From Eubacteriales bacterium (lineage in GTDB: Bacteria > Bacillota > Clostridia > Lachnospirales > WRAX01), in the NCBI GenBank assembly GCA_031550435.1, contig JAVBOO010000009.1:39202-103201 (forward strand): a stretch of DNA of 64,000 nt. The letters run 5' to 3'. Positions within the stretch are counted from its first letter, which is position 1. Each line of letters opens with the position of its first letter. Of the stretch, positions 9,825 to 20,100 are shown piece after piece. A model generated the notes under the pieces. The model had not been told where the DNA came from and did no database searches. It saw only the letters and a program-made list of their open reading frames with translations. Made by a program: the position numbers and the translations under genes.

Positions 9825-12800
9825 ATGGAAAACAATAACGAGCCTGCTATAGTATTTGACTCGATTAAGATAGGTCTTGCGCCTCCGGAAAAAATCAGGG
9901 AGTGGTCCCGCGGCGAGGTTAAAAAGCCGGAAACTATAAATTATAGAACACTTAAACCCGAGAAAGACGGTCTTTTCTGCGAAAGAATTTTCGGACCCGA
10001 CAAGGACTGGGAATGTCACTGCGGAAAATATAAGCGCATCAGATACAAGGGAATAGTTTGTGACAGATGCGGCGTCGAGGTAACAAAAAAGAAGGTAAGA
10101 AGAGAGCGTATGGGGCACATCGAGCTTGCGGCTCCCGTATCGCATATTTGGTATTTCAGAGGTATACCGAGCAGGATGGGCCTGATTTTGGCCGTTTCTC
10201 CGAGAAGCCTTGAGAAAGTGCTCTATTTCGCTTGTTATATAGTACTTGATCCCGGTACTTCCGGCTTACAGTACAAACAGCTGTTGACCGAGAAAGAATT
10301 CCACGAAGCCGAGGATAAATACGGCAAAAAGAGCTTCCGTGCCGGCATGGGTGCCGAAGCTGTTAAAGAACTGCTCGAGAGGATTAATCTCGAGAAAGAG
10401 GGCGAAGAGCTTAAAGCCGCTCTAAAAGACGCTTCCGGACAGAAGCGCGTAAGAATAATCAAAAAGCTTGAGGTTATAGAGTCGTTCAGAGCATCGGGAA
10501 ACAGACCGGAATGGATGATACTTGACGCGATACCTGTAATCCCCCCGGATTTAAGGCCGATGGTACAGCTGGACGGCGGTCGTTTTGCTACATCCGATCT
10601 TAACGACTTGTACCGCAGAGTCATAAACAGAAACAACAGACTGAAAAGGCTGCTCGATCTCGATGCACCCGATATCATTGTCAGAAACGAGAAGAGAATG
10701 CTTCAGGAGGCCGTTGACGCGCTTATAGACAACGGCAGAAGAGGCAGACCGGTTACCGGTGCAGGAAACCGCGCACTTAAGTCTCTTTCAGACCTGCTTA
10801 AAGGCAAGCAGGGCCGTTTCAGGCAGAACCTGCTCGGAAAACGCGTAGACTATTCCGGACGTTCCGTTATAGTCGTCGGGCCGAATCTTAAGATTTACCA
10901 GTGCGGTCTGCCTAAGGAAATGGCTATAGAATTATTTAAGCCGTTTGTTATGAAAAAACTTGTTCAAAGAGGAACGGCTCACAACATCAAATCGGCTAAG
11001 CGTATGGTTGAGAGACTCGAATCGCAGGTTTGGGATGTGCTTGAGGAAGTTATCAAAGAGCATCCCGTAATGCTCAATCGTGCACCTACATTGCACAGAC
11101 TCGGCATACAGGCGTTTGAGCCCGTTCTTGTCGAGGGAAGGGCATTAAAACTGCATCCGCTTGTTTGTACGGCGTATAACGCCGACTTTGACGGAGACCA
11201 GATGGCGGTTCACGTTCCGCTTTCGGTCGAAGCTCAGGCAGAATGCCGCTTTCTCATGCTTGCTCCGAACAACCTTTTGAAGCCTTCGGACGGTGCGCCT
11301 GTTACGGTTCCTACTCAGGATATGGTTTTGGGTATTTACTACCTGACGCTTGTAAAAGACGGCGAAAAAGGCGAGGGCAAGTATTTTTCGGACGAGAAGG
11401 AAGCGATACTCGCTTACGATAACTTCGAGATAACGTTGCACGCAAAAATCAGAGTAAGAAGAACAATCGAGGTTGATGGCGTTAAACATTCGCGCATAAT
11501 TGAAACCACGGTCGGCAAAATATTCCTTAACGAAGGCATACCTCAGGATTTGGGCTTTGTTGACAGAAGTGTTTTTGAGAATAAGTTTAATTTCGAGATA
11601 GATTTTCTTACCGACAAGAAAGCCCTCGGCAGAATTATTCATCGCTGTATCAACAAGCACGGAAACACAGATACCGCTGTTGTGCTTGATAAAATCAAGG
11701 ATCTCGGTTTTAAATATTCGACAAAGGGCGCGTTCACCGTTTCCGTATCGGACATGGTTATACCCGAATCCAAGAGCAGATATATCGAAGAGGCCGAAGA
11801 AATCGTCGAGAACATGACAAGAATGTTCCGCAGGGGTCTCATGACAGACGAAGAGCGCAAAGACAACGTTATTCAGGCCTGGACGGACGCTAACGAAAAA
11901 ATTACGAACGACCTGATGAAGAACCTTGATAAATACAACAATATCTACATGATGTCTGATTCCGGCGCGAGAGGTTCCAAAAACCAGATAAAACAGCTTG
12001 CCGGTATGCGCGGACTCGTTGCCAGCCCAACCGGCGGCGTTATCGAACTCCCGATCAAGTCAAACTATCGTGAAGGCCTTTCCGTGCTTGAGTATTTTAT
12101 CTCGGCGCACGGAGCAAGAAAAGGTCTTGCCGATACGGCGCTCAGAACAGCAGACTCCGGTTATCTTACGAGGCGTCTTGTCGACGTATCGCAGGATATT
12201 ATCATAAGAGAGTGGGATTGTTGCGAGGGTAAGGAAGAACAACACGGCATGTGGGTCTCCACATTTGTTGATAAAGGAATCGGCGATGACGGTATACAGG
12301 AGATTATCGAACCTTTGCAGGACAGAATCTCCGGCCGTTGGGCAATAGGCGAGGTTGTGCATCCCGAAACCGGCGAAGTTATCGTACCCGCCGACACGAT
12401 GATTTCTCCTTCGGCTGCCGAATATATTGAGAAAGCCGGCGTTGAGAAGGTATTTATACGCACGATACTGACATGCCGCTCAAGAATCGGTATCTGCTCC
12501 AAGTGCTACGGAGCCAACATGGCATCGGGCAGGGTGGTTCGTATCGGAGAATCCGTCGGTATCATTGCAGCGCAGTCAATCGGCGAGCCGGGTACTCAGC
12601 TTACAATGAGAACGTTCCATACGGGCGGTATTGCTTCAAACGAGGATATCACTCAGGGTCTTCCGCGTGTCGAGGAACTGTTTGAAGCCAGAAAACCCAA
12701 AGGTCTCGCAATCATTGCTGAGAACGGCGGAACGGTTGTTGTTAACAATACAAAGAAAAAGCGCGAAGTTCTTATTACAGATGAGACAGGTGCCGTCAAA

Positions 12801-13406
12801 GACTATGTTATACCTTACGGCTCCAGAATTCGTGTTTCGACCGGAGATATAGTCGAAGCGGGCGACGAGCTCACCGAAGGTTCGGTTTATCCGCATGACA
12901 TACTTAAAATCAAGGGCATCAGAGGCGTTCAGGACTATATGCTTCAAGAGGTTCAGCGCGTTTACCGTTTGCAGGGCGTTGACATTAACGACAAACATAT
13001 CGAGGTAATAGTTCGCCAGATGTTGAAGCGTGTTAAAGTAGAAGACAACGGCGACAGCGAATTGCTGCCGGCAAGCCTTGTGGATTGGCTCGAGTTTGAG
13101 GAGATAAACGAAAGATTGGTTGCCGAAGGTAAGCAGCCGGCTGTCGGGACAAGAGCGCTTCTGGGTATCACAAAAGCGTCTCTGGCGACAGATTCGTTCC
13201 TGTCTGCGGCTTCGTTCCAGGAAACAACGAGAGTACTGACCGAAGCTGCGATAAAGGGTAAGGAAGATCCGCTTATCGGGTTAAAAGAGAATGTTATTAT
13301 CGGTAAGTTGATTCCTGCCGGAACAGGTATGCCTGTTTACAGAAAGATCGGTATAGAGTCTAGGCGTGAAAATGATACTGCCGCCGAAGTTTTGGCGGCC
13401 GAATAA
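9825..13406 (+). CDS. rpoC: DNA-directed RNA polymerase subunit beta'
   Basis: Blocks [29 protein letters not shown], the Zn-finger [20 protein letters not shown], the catalytic NADFDGD and HTGG. The ORF opens at ATG 9804. ATG 9825, preceded by GAAGGGAG, gives an N-terminal length closer to other Firmicutes RpoC proteins. Confidence 0.97.
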   Translation: MENNNEPAIVFDSIKIGLAPPEKIREWSRGEVKKPETINYRTLKPEKDGLFCERIFGPDKDWECHCGKYKRIRYKGIVCDRCGVEVTKKKVRRERMGHIELAAPVSHIWYFRGIPSRMGLILAVSPRSLEKVLYFACYIVLDPGTSGLQYKQLLTEKEFHEAEDKYGKKSFRAGMGAEAVKELLERINLEKEGEELKAALKDASGQKRVRIIKKLEVIESFRASGNRPEWMILDAIPVIPPDLRPMVQLDGGRFATSDLNDLYRRVINRNNRLKRLLDLDAPDIIVRNEKRMLQEAVDALIDNGRRGRPVTGAGNRALKSLSDLLKGKQGRFRQNLLGKRVDYSGRSVIVVGPNLKIYQCGLPKEMAIELFKPFVMKKLVQRGTAHNIKSAKRMVERLESQVWDVLEEVIKEHPVMLNRAPTLHRLGIQAFEPVLVEGRALKLHPLVCTAYNADFDGDQMAVHVPLSVEAQAECRFLMLAPNNLLKPSDGAPVTVPTQDMVLGIYYLTLVKDGEKGEGKYFSDEKEAILAYDNFEITLHAKIRVRRTIEVDGVKHSRIIETTVGKIFLNEGIPQDLGFVDRSVFENKFNFEIDFLTDKKALGRIIHRCINKHGNTDTAVVLDKIKDLGFKYSTKGAFTVSVSDMVIPESKSRYIEEAEEIVENMTRMFRRGLMTDEERKDNVIQAWTDANEKITNDLMKNLDKYNNIYMMSDSGARGSKNQIKQLAGMRGLVASPTGGVIELPIKSNYREGLSVLEYFISAHGARKGLADTALRTADSGYLTRRLVDVSQDIIIREWDCCEGKEEQHGMWVSTFVDKGIGDDGIQEIIEPLQDRISGRWAIGEVVHPETGEVIVPADTMISPSAAEYIEKAGVEKVFIRTILTCRSRIGICSKCYGANMASGRVVRIGESVGIIAAQSIGEPGTQLTMRTFHTGGIASNEDITQGLPRVEELFEARKPKGLAIIAENGGTVVVNNTKKKREVLITDETGAVKDYVIPYGSRIRVSTGDIVEAGDELTEGSVYPHDILKIKGIRGVQDYMLQEVQRVYRLQGVDINDKHIEVIVRQMLKRVKVEDNGDSELLPASLVDWLEFEEINERLVAEGKQPAVGTRALLGITKASLATDSFLSAASFQETTRVLTEAAIKGKEDPLIGLKENVIIGKLIPAGTGMPVYRKIGIESRRENDTAAEVLAAE

Positions 13407-13439
13407 TAAGTCGTTTAAGATCTATTCAAGGGCGCAATA

Positions 13440-13547
13440 TTGATCCCCGATTAAACCTTGCGGTTTATTCACCCCACTTTACCGGCCCTGCGGGCCTAAG
13501 GTGGATCTAGGCGACAAGTTTAGCGAATTGTTTGAGTGTCGCCTCAA
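13440..13547 (+). mobile_element. repeat family A, copy 1 (structured ~108-bp MITE-like element with TA flanks)
   Basis: TTGATCCCCGATTAAACC...GGCGACAAGTTTAGCGAA...TGTCGCCTCAA flanked by TA (13438-39) and TA (13548-49). Homologous to 33262-33369 and 38512-38619. It lies in the rpoC 3'UTR, upstream of the terminator. Confidence 0.7.
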
Positions 13548-13559
13548 TAGTATACGGTT

Positions 13560-13601
13560 ACAGCCGTTTATGCCATTATAGGCTTAAACGGCTGTATTTT
13601 T
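13560..13601 (+). terminator. rpoC intrinsic terminator (also hairpin family E, copy 2)
   Basis: ACAGCCGTTTATGCC-ATTATA-GGCTTAAACGGCTGT (14 of 15 bp paired) followed by ATTTTT. Confidence 0.75.
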
Positions 13602-13726
13602 AAGGCGAGCGCATCAAAGGCGGGGAGCCTGTGGCAATGCCCGCATTACTTGCATGTTTTTGCATTGCCTGCTAAGATATCCTGCAACGGCCGGGCTTGA
13701 TTGCTGAACAGAGCTTCGGTTCGGGC

Positions 13727-13755
13727 TTGACGTTTTTTCGCGTCTGTGGTATCTT
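13727..13755 (+). promoter_or_regulatory. candidate rnpB promoter
   Basis: TTGACG (13727-13732), 17-nt spacer, TATCTT (13750-13755). This places the TSS at about the first base of the P1 stem. Confidence 0.5.
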
Positions 13756-13760
13756 ATTAA

Positions 13761-14118
13761 TCGAGCAGACCGGACGGTCGCGTGCGCTTAGCCGCATGAG
13801 GAAAGTCCGGGCTTTGAAGGGCAGGGTGCCGGATAACGTCCGGCGGAGGCGACTTCAGGGACAGTGCAACAGAAATAAACCGCCGTTTTTAAAACGGTAA
13901 GGATGGAAAGGTGAGGTAAGAGCTCACCGGCGTCTTGGCGACAATACGCGCTATGTAAACCCCACCCGAAGCAAGGCCGAACAGAAGCACAGGCTCCGAT
14001 TTCGGAAGCCTAAAGATTGCCCAATCCGCTTCAGGTAGTGCCGCTCGAGGTCGCCGGCAACGGCGATCCCAGATAGATGACCGTTCAAGACAGAACCCGG
14101 CTTACAGGTCTGCTCACT
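13761..14118 (+). ncRNA. rnpB: RNase P RNA, bacterial type A
   Basis: Universal motifs GAGGAAAGTCCGGGC (about 13799-13813) and ACAGAACCCGGCTTA (about 14090-14104). The P1 stem pairs GAGCAGACC (13763-13771) with GGTCTGCTC (14107-14115). Length is ~355 nt. The ORFs predicted here are spurious. Confidence 0.93.
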
Positions 14119-14136
14119 ATTATAAACATACATGTT

Positions 14137-14167
14137 AAACAGGCAGAAGATGCCTGTTTCATTTTTT
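14137..14167 (+). terminator. rnpB intrinsic terminator
   Basis: AAACAGGCA-GAAG-ATGCCTGTTT hairpin followed by CATTTTTT. Confidence 0.8.
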
Positions 14168-14193
14168 AACTGCACTCACGGTATAGAATATGC

Positions 14194-14227
14194 AAAAAAA
14201 AGGTATAGCGATTTTTCTGCTATACCT
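14194..14227 (-). terminator. veg intrinsic terminator
   Basis: On the minus strand, AGGTATAGC-loop-GCTATACCT is followed by T8. It lies 18 nt after the veg stop. Confidence 0.8.
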
Positions 14228-14244
14228 TTTATAAATCATAAATA

Positions 14245-14496
14245 TTAATTAGTTTGTTCGCACACAGTGATTTCGATTGCTTTGGTGAGTACGTCTGCGT
14301 AACTGTATGATAACGTTCTTTTTGATTCGCCGCTGTCACAAAGAAGTATTGTAAAAATGCTGGGATAGGCCTTTTCGATTATGCCTCTGATTTTAGTGGA
14401 TTTTTGCTTGCCCTTTCCCGCTTCCAGCCATACTGAGCTTCCGATACAGTTGGTAATGTCCTTCTTAATCAAAGAAACATCATTTCTAATGCTCAT
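14245..14496 (-). CDS. veg: Veg (DUF1021) small protein
   Basis: IKKDITNCIGSSVWLEAGKGKQKSTKIRGIIEKAYPSIFTILL...RTLSYSYADVLTKAIEI parallels B. subtilis Veg (...ETYPSVFVIEL...SYSYADILTKTVEL). RBS GAGGTG lies 5 nt before ATG 14496. The ORF track extends to 14511. Confidence 0.85.
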   Translation of the reverse strand: MSIRNDVSLIKKDITNCIGSSVWLEAGKGKQKSTKIRGIIEKAYPSIFTILLCDSGESKRTLSYSYADVLTKAIEITVCEQTN

Positions 14497-14558
14497 TCCG
14501 ACACCTCGCAAAATTATTGCGGACTATACAACAAAGTATATAGTTACCCACATGTTAG

Positions 14559-14587
14559 AGTGTAACATTAATGGGAATGGAAGTCAA
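14559..14587 (-). promoter_or_regulatory. candidate veg promoter
   Basis: Minus strand: TTGACT (14587-14582), 17-nt spacer, TACACT (14564-14559). Confidence 0.45.
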
Positions 14588-14681
14588 TAAAATTTGAGAT
14601 TATATCATAATGCGTTAACTTTTGTCAACATAAATATTTTTTTGCACACAATTGCGCAAATATTTTGAATTTCAAAGGATT

Positions 14682-15662
14682 CTAGTGAATTTTGTACAAA
14701 ATCAACAACATATTATTAATATTTATAAGCTTTTTGACGGTTATGTTATTTAAAAACTTAATAACCCGTTCGCTTTGTTCTTCGCCGCAAAGCGAGCAGA
14801 TTTCGGCGAGAGCTTTGTTCTCCTCAGAAACTGCGGCTGCCAGGCTTTCTTTCAGTTCTCCCGGGAGCCTTATTTCTGTTTGCTCGATTTCGGGGTCCTT
14901 TGTTTTCAGTATTTTATAAAAATCGCTTAAACGCCTAAAGTTTTCGTCGTATTCGTGCTTTACGCCGTTAAAAAATCCCGAATGCTCGCCTGCGATTGCG
15001 CTGAGCTTCGCGTAGTATTGTGCGCCGTTTCTTTCGTTTTGTATAACTTCCAGCAATCTGTTTTCGCTGTTAGTATAAACAGGCATTTCCGGTATTGTAA
15101 GCTCCCGTGCGGCAGACGGGACGGCGCCGGGCTGCATACGGGGAGACATTTGCACACTTGCCTCGGGTCTGTTGTCTCCGTGCGGCAGGGCAAGACTTTT
15201 CTGTACAGCCTCAAACATTTTTTCGTCAAGCGGCTCAAATGTGACGGACGGGTCCGTATAAGGCTCTTTTGCCGGTTGGGTTTGATTTCTTGCCGGGGTG
15301 CGATTGTTTGAGATGAAGTTATTTTGGGGCTGATGTACACTGCCGGGGCTTTTGCCGAATCCTTGCTGAGACGGCGCTTGGCCGGGTTTGTTGTTACCGT
15401 TTCCGGAGAATTGTCCAAACGGTGAAAACTGGGCCCGATTAGGCTGCACGACCGCGTTTTGGTTTTGAGTATTGTTCGGCATGAAACCTTGACGGCTGCC
15501 TTGCGTGTTATTTCGGGGATATCTTTGATTAAAGCCCTGTCCGCCGTTTTGATTCGCAAAAGGACGGTTGAAGCCGTTTTGAGGAACGTTTGCGTAGTCC
15601 CGGCGGTTATAGTCCTGTCTTGAAAAGCCGAACGCGGGATTGGCGTTAAAAAAGCTGGCCAT
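14682..15662 (-). CDS. hypothetical protein with an N/Q/G/F/P-rich low-complexity N-terminal half and a helical C-terminal domain (possibly ferritin-like)
   Basis: 326-aa ORF with RBS GGAGG 5 nt before the ATG and no signal peptide. I count 24 N and 19 Q in the first ~132 residues. The C-terminal ~130 aa (LLEVIQNERNGAQYYAKLSAIAG...LAAAVSEENKALAEICSL) looks like a helical bundle. Function is unknown. Confidence 0.6.
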   Translation of the reverse strand: MASFFNANPAFGFSRQDYNRRDYANVPQNGFNRPFANQNGGQGFNQRYPRNNTQGSRQGFMPNNTQNQNAVVQPNRAQFSPFGQFSGNGNNKPGQAPSQQGFGKSPGSVHQPQNNFISNNRTPARNQTQPAKEPYTDPSVTFEPLDEKMFEAVQKSLALPHGDNRPEASVQMSPRMQPGAVPSAARELTIPEMPVYTNSENRLLEVIQNERNGAQYYAKLSAIAGEHSGFFNGVKHEYDENFRRLSDFYKILKTKDPEIEQTEIRLPGELKESLAAAVSEENKALAEICSLCGEEQSERVIKFLNNITVKKLININNMLLILYKIH

Positions 15663-15792
15663 GGCTGCCTCCGTATTAGCAATATATCCTATACTATTCT
15701 CTGCCGTCTTTTTAGTGCAAGTCTAAGCAATGCGAAAAGTACAAAGCGACCGGCAAGCCGGGGAATTGCGTTTACTTGTGCCGAAGTAATAG

Positions 15793-16653
15793 CTATATAA
15801 CCAATACAGTCGTTCCGGCAGGTATCGTATTATAAAACCACTCCGCATCATCAAGACCGAGCCTTATACAGCCGCTTGAGCGCTTTTCGCCCAAAATGCC
15901 GTCCACAACTTTCTTACTTTTATCCATTGCGACGGAATGAAAGAGGTAGGAACCGTAAAAGCGTACCCAGTACTTTGCTCCGCCTTGCAGGCGCTCGGAA
16001 TAAAACCATTCGCCCTTTGCACCTATAGTGAATTTGCCGCGTACTGTCGGAGATTCATTTTTGCCGGTTGAACAAACAAGGGTTTTTATATGCGACCATC
16101 CACTTTTTTCACCGCTGTAAATATATGTTCTCTGCCTGCCTATGTCAGTGATGATAAGGTATTTGGTTTTGCTTGAAATGGCGAGTGCGTTAGCGTATTC
16201 GTTTAAGTTTTCCTCGCTGAGAGTGGAAGTATCGACAGGGGCATCCGGCTCTATTTCGATAAATTCTGACTGTATCCAGCCTTTTCTGCTGCTGTCGGGT
16301 GTTTTAACCCTATACCACTCGGCTGAACTGTCCTGCAAAATCTCCACAGTCTCGCCCCGATTTAAAACAGCTATCCGCCCGGAAGTTTTGTCAGCGCTGA
16401 CGTGCAAAACCGCATTTGATTTAACCAATGCCTTAACGGGTGACGGCTTGATATAATCCAGTATTCGTTTCTGCTCAAGCGTGAAGATCTTGCCGTTTTG
16501 GTTAAATACGTCTGTGTCCCAGCTTTCGTCCAAATTATCGTCGCGGATAAGTATATCCGGGTTAAAAGTATCGGTATAGGCATTGCATTGATTTGTGAAA
16601 AGTATAGCCGTAAAAAACGCGGCGGCAATGTATTTAAGAGTGGTTTTTATCAT
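15793..16653 (-). CDS. L,D-transpeptidase (YkuD family) with an SH3b-like domain
   Basis: Signal peptide MIKTTLKYIAAAFFTAILFTNQCNA. SH3b-like segment VLNRGETVEILQDSSAEWYRVKT...GWIQSEFIE. Catalytic motif HSVAMD...RSSGCIRL (H...SxGCIR). Confidence 0.88.
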   Translation of the reverse strand: MIKTTLKYIAAAFFTAILFTNQCNAYTDTFNPDILIRDDNLDESWDTDVFNQNGKIFTLEQKRILDYIKPSPVKALVKSNAVLHVSADKTSGRIAVLNRGETVEILQDSSAEWYRVKTPDSSRKGWIQSEFIEIEPDAPVDTSTLSEENLNEYANALAISSKTKYLIITDIGRQRTYIYSGEKSGWSHIKTLVCSTGKNESPTVRGKFTIGAKGEWFYSERLQGGAKYWVRFYGSYLFHSVAMDKSKKVVDGILGEKRSSGCIRLGLDDAEWFYNTIPAGTTVLVI

Positions 16654-17083
16654 ATAGGATATCCTTTAATCGATAAAGTTTGATGTTGCGATTCTTGAGA
16701 AATACCATTAATTCGGTGCTTACTCTAGTTTGCTCTTTTAGAAAAATTTTATGCCGTGAGAATGATTAAGCCGCGAATTAAGTCGGCAAAAGGAGTATAA
16801 GTGGTGATTAGACCGCATGGTTTATCGGGGGATTAATAATTTCCGCGGCGGCACCGCATATAAAAGTATTGGTCAAAAATCACAAATTTTTTGGGGTTAA
16901 ACAGTGCATTTTTTTTTGCGCGTAGGATTTTTCGTGCAAAATGAAACGACGTTTCGTATATTAATGAGTTTTGTTGGTTTAAAATATCATTTATGTGAAA
17001 CTTGATGAAAAAACAAATGGAAGCGGGCTTATTATAGCTCAAAACGACGGAAGCACCCAAAACAATCGTTAAATCAGTTTAAC

Positions 17084-17111
17084 TTGATTGATTTTAGGGT
17101 TATGCTATAAT
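17084..17111 (+). promoter_or_regulatory. candidate promoter for the 1366-aa gene
   Basis: TTGATT (17084-17089), 16-nt spacer, extended -10 TGcTATAAT (17103-17111). Confidence 0.45.
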
Positions 17112-17199
17112 GATATTACATAAATTTCCATTTATGCGCGGCGGCATCGATGTATATTATGCATAGAAGCTGTGTTTTCAAACAAAAAGGAGAGAGGAT

Positions 17200-20100
17200 A
17201 TGAAGACCAAGAAGTTATTTGCAATATTGCTAACATTTGCAATGACCATGGGAGCGTTTTCGTTGCAGCAAGCAAAAGCTTCGTCAACCGTTACTGTAAC
17301 GGTTCACTATCACAATGACAACGGTAATTATGCCGAAACCGTAATCGATGTGTGGAATTTCTCTGATACGGCGGCTGAAGCCGGTACGGTGGCTATTGAC
17401 GAGTACGGCTGGAAAAACACGTTTACCGTAAACGGAGTAAACGAAAAGGAATATGTTAAGTTCAGGATCACAAGCGACAGCGTTTTCCCGACAGACGTTC
17501 GCTATCTTGACCCTGCCGGGTCTTCCTCGATAGAAGTTTGGCTTATCGACGGAGACGCAAAGGCTTACGGGCAGCCTGTCAAAATCGACCCGCAATATAC
17601 AACTGCCAAAGACGGCGTGAGGTATGTAGCAGTTCAGGCAATACCCCTGTACTTTAACACAGGTAACGTAAACAACTATACAATTACATACGGGGCTTCT
17701 AACGGCTATTATACACCGGGAACCGAATCCGGATCGGGCGTTGCCGCAAACCTCGGCGGAACGCCTCCTTCTCCGAAAGTAACCCTACTTCGCAACCTCA
17801 ATCGTTTCCGCGCTAATCAGCAGGACGATTGGTGGGAGATTTGCCCGGCTTCGAAGAGCGTACTCGTAAACTATTCTACAACAACGCAAACGGCGGAAAT
17901 GACGACAGGCTCACATGCCGCGGCTAACAACGGTCTTGGTTTTAACCTCAGAGAAGGCGACGTTTATCCTCTTTTCCTCGGGCTTGATCTGATTCAGGAA
18001 GGGCCTGTTTCCGCAGAAGGAAAGACCTTCCTTTCGCTTAAGTCTATCAGAGGAATGACTCAAACTTTGGGCGGAATTATTGCCGGAGCCGATACCTATC
18101 TTCTTCCCAACATGTTTGTCGGCTACGAAAAGGTGCTTGATTTTACAAGTAATCCGGAAGCTGTAGGCTTTTCTGGTGAAATGCTTAAGGCTTTCAAGCA
18201 GTTTATCGACCTTGAAGCTCAGTCAACGGACGGAATGCCTATTGCCTGCTCTATTACGCTTGACGGCAAAAAGGTATTCTCATACGCCGCGGGAACCGTG
18301 GCACAATTCAGAACAACCCCCAACGGAAGCGGCGGCTACAACGCCGCGATCCCGATACCGGTTTCCGAACAGGTTCCGGTTACGGCGGATTCGTTGTTTG
18401 ACCTGGCATCAAACAGTAAAATGTACTCCGGTATCTATGCTATGGAGAGACTTGTATCCCAAGGCCTTCTTGACCTAGACAAAAAGCTCAACGAATATCC
18501 GGGCTGGGAAAACTACAAGGACTCTTATATAGTTTATACCGGAAAAATGTCAGGCTCAAACTATGTAGGAAAGACCGGAAAAGACAATACAACAATCAGG
18601 CAGATACTCAGCCATTATGCAGGGCTCGAGGCAGACCCCGAGTACCAGAACAGGATACAGGCGGGGGAGCTTTGGTACCATACCGACAATCCTTATGACA
18701 GAACAGAGATAATCGACATGATTTGCAAGACACCGCTGAGATACAATGTCGGAACAACGTATAACTACAGCGACGTTGACTTTATGATAGTAGCTCTTCT
18801 GGCGGAAAGCATAACAGGCGTGCCGTTTGACGTTTATATGGAGCAAATATACAAAGAGGAGCTCGGCGTTCAAAATACGGCGTTTAATCCTCTTCTCAAG
18901 GGTTACGACCAAGATCAGCTCGTCGCGACATGCGAAATAAACGGAAACACCAGAGACGGAAACGTTATGTACGGCTTTATGGATGACGGTTACACTCCGG
19001 TTCCTGAAAGAAGCTATACAATTCAAGGTGAAGTTCACGATGAAAAGGCATATTACGCAATGGGCGGAATTTCCGGCCATGCGGGCCTGTTCTCGAGTGT
19101 GAACGATATGTCTGAGCTTATGCAGTTAGCGCTTAACTGCGGTAGCTATAACGGCTTCAACATGTTTGACAGGCAGACACACCAAATGTTTACGACTCCT
19201 TTCACTACAACGGCTACAGTCGGCTTGGGCTGGTGGATGAACAATACATCCGGCTCGATTATGTCATACTTCTCTTGGGGTCCAAGCATGCAGACTTACG
19301 GGCATCAGGGCTGGACAGGAACAATTTCCGTAATCGACCCGCTTAAGGGCATGTCTGTTACCTGCTTAACAAGTATGAAGCACGGCCCGACAATAAACGC
19401 TGCAAACACATTTACGAACACACAGGCCAGAATCGGCGGAAACGGCGAATATTCGGGCCCCGGAAACCTTGTGCTTCAAAACTGCTATGCTCAGGGTTCA
19501 ATGGACTTTATTGAACACGATACAGTATTATGGGGAGTAAGCTATAATCCCTTACCGGGCAGAGATCTCAAGGTCGAGCTGGTTTTGGACGGAAACTATG
19601 CAACCGGCACAAAGCCTGCAGGAGAGCCCGGTTATGTATTCGACGGCTGGTACAAAGACGAGGCTTTTACACAGCCTTGGAACTTTGATACTGACAAGGT
19701 AATGTGCGATGTATCGCTTTACTCAAAATGGGTTGAAGCTGAAAACGTACCGGCTGAGCCAACCGAGACCACTTGGAAGGTCAGATTTGTCAGAACGGGT
19801 ATAGCTACCCAGATTGTAGCGGACGGCGATACGGCAACTCCGGTTGCCGACCCGGCCAGAGCAGGCTATAAATTCGGCGGCTGGTTCACAAACGCGGATT
19901 GCACGGCTGTTTGGGATTTCGCAACCCCTGTTACCTCAAATATCAATTTGTACGCAAAATGGACTGAGCTTCACACCATAACCTTCGATACAAACGGCGG
20001 CTCAATCGTAAGGCCTCTTCAGGTTGCAGACGGAGAATATGCCGCGGGAGCGCGCTACAGTCCTTCAAAGGTTTCGTCGATTTCTATACCGGATTCGCTT

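Noticed and set aside
13697-14175. ORFs 13697-13900 (+) and 13951-14175 (-).
   Set aside because: They lie entirely within the RNase P RNA gene, which explains the region.
16654-17199. A 75-aa minus-strand ORF (16833-17060) and an 11-codon mini-ORF with an AAAGGAG RBS (about 16797) in the 545-bp divergent intergenic region.
   Set aside because: The region is AT-rich promoter sequence. The ORFs lack supporting features.
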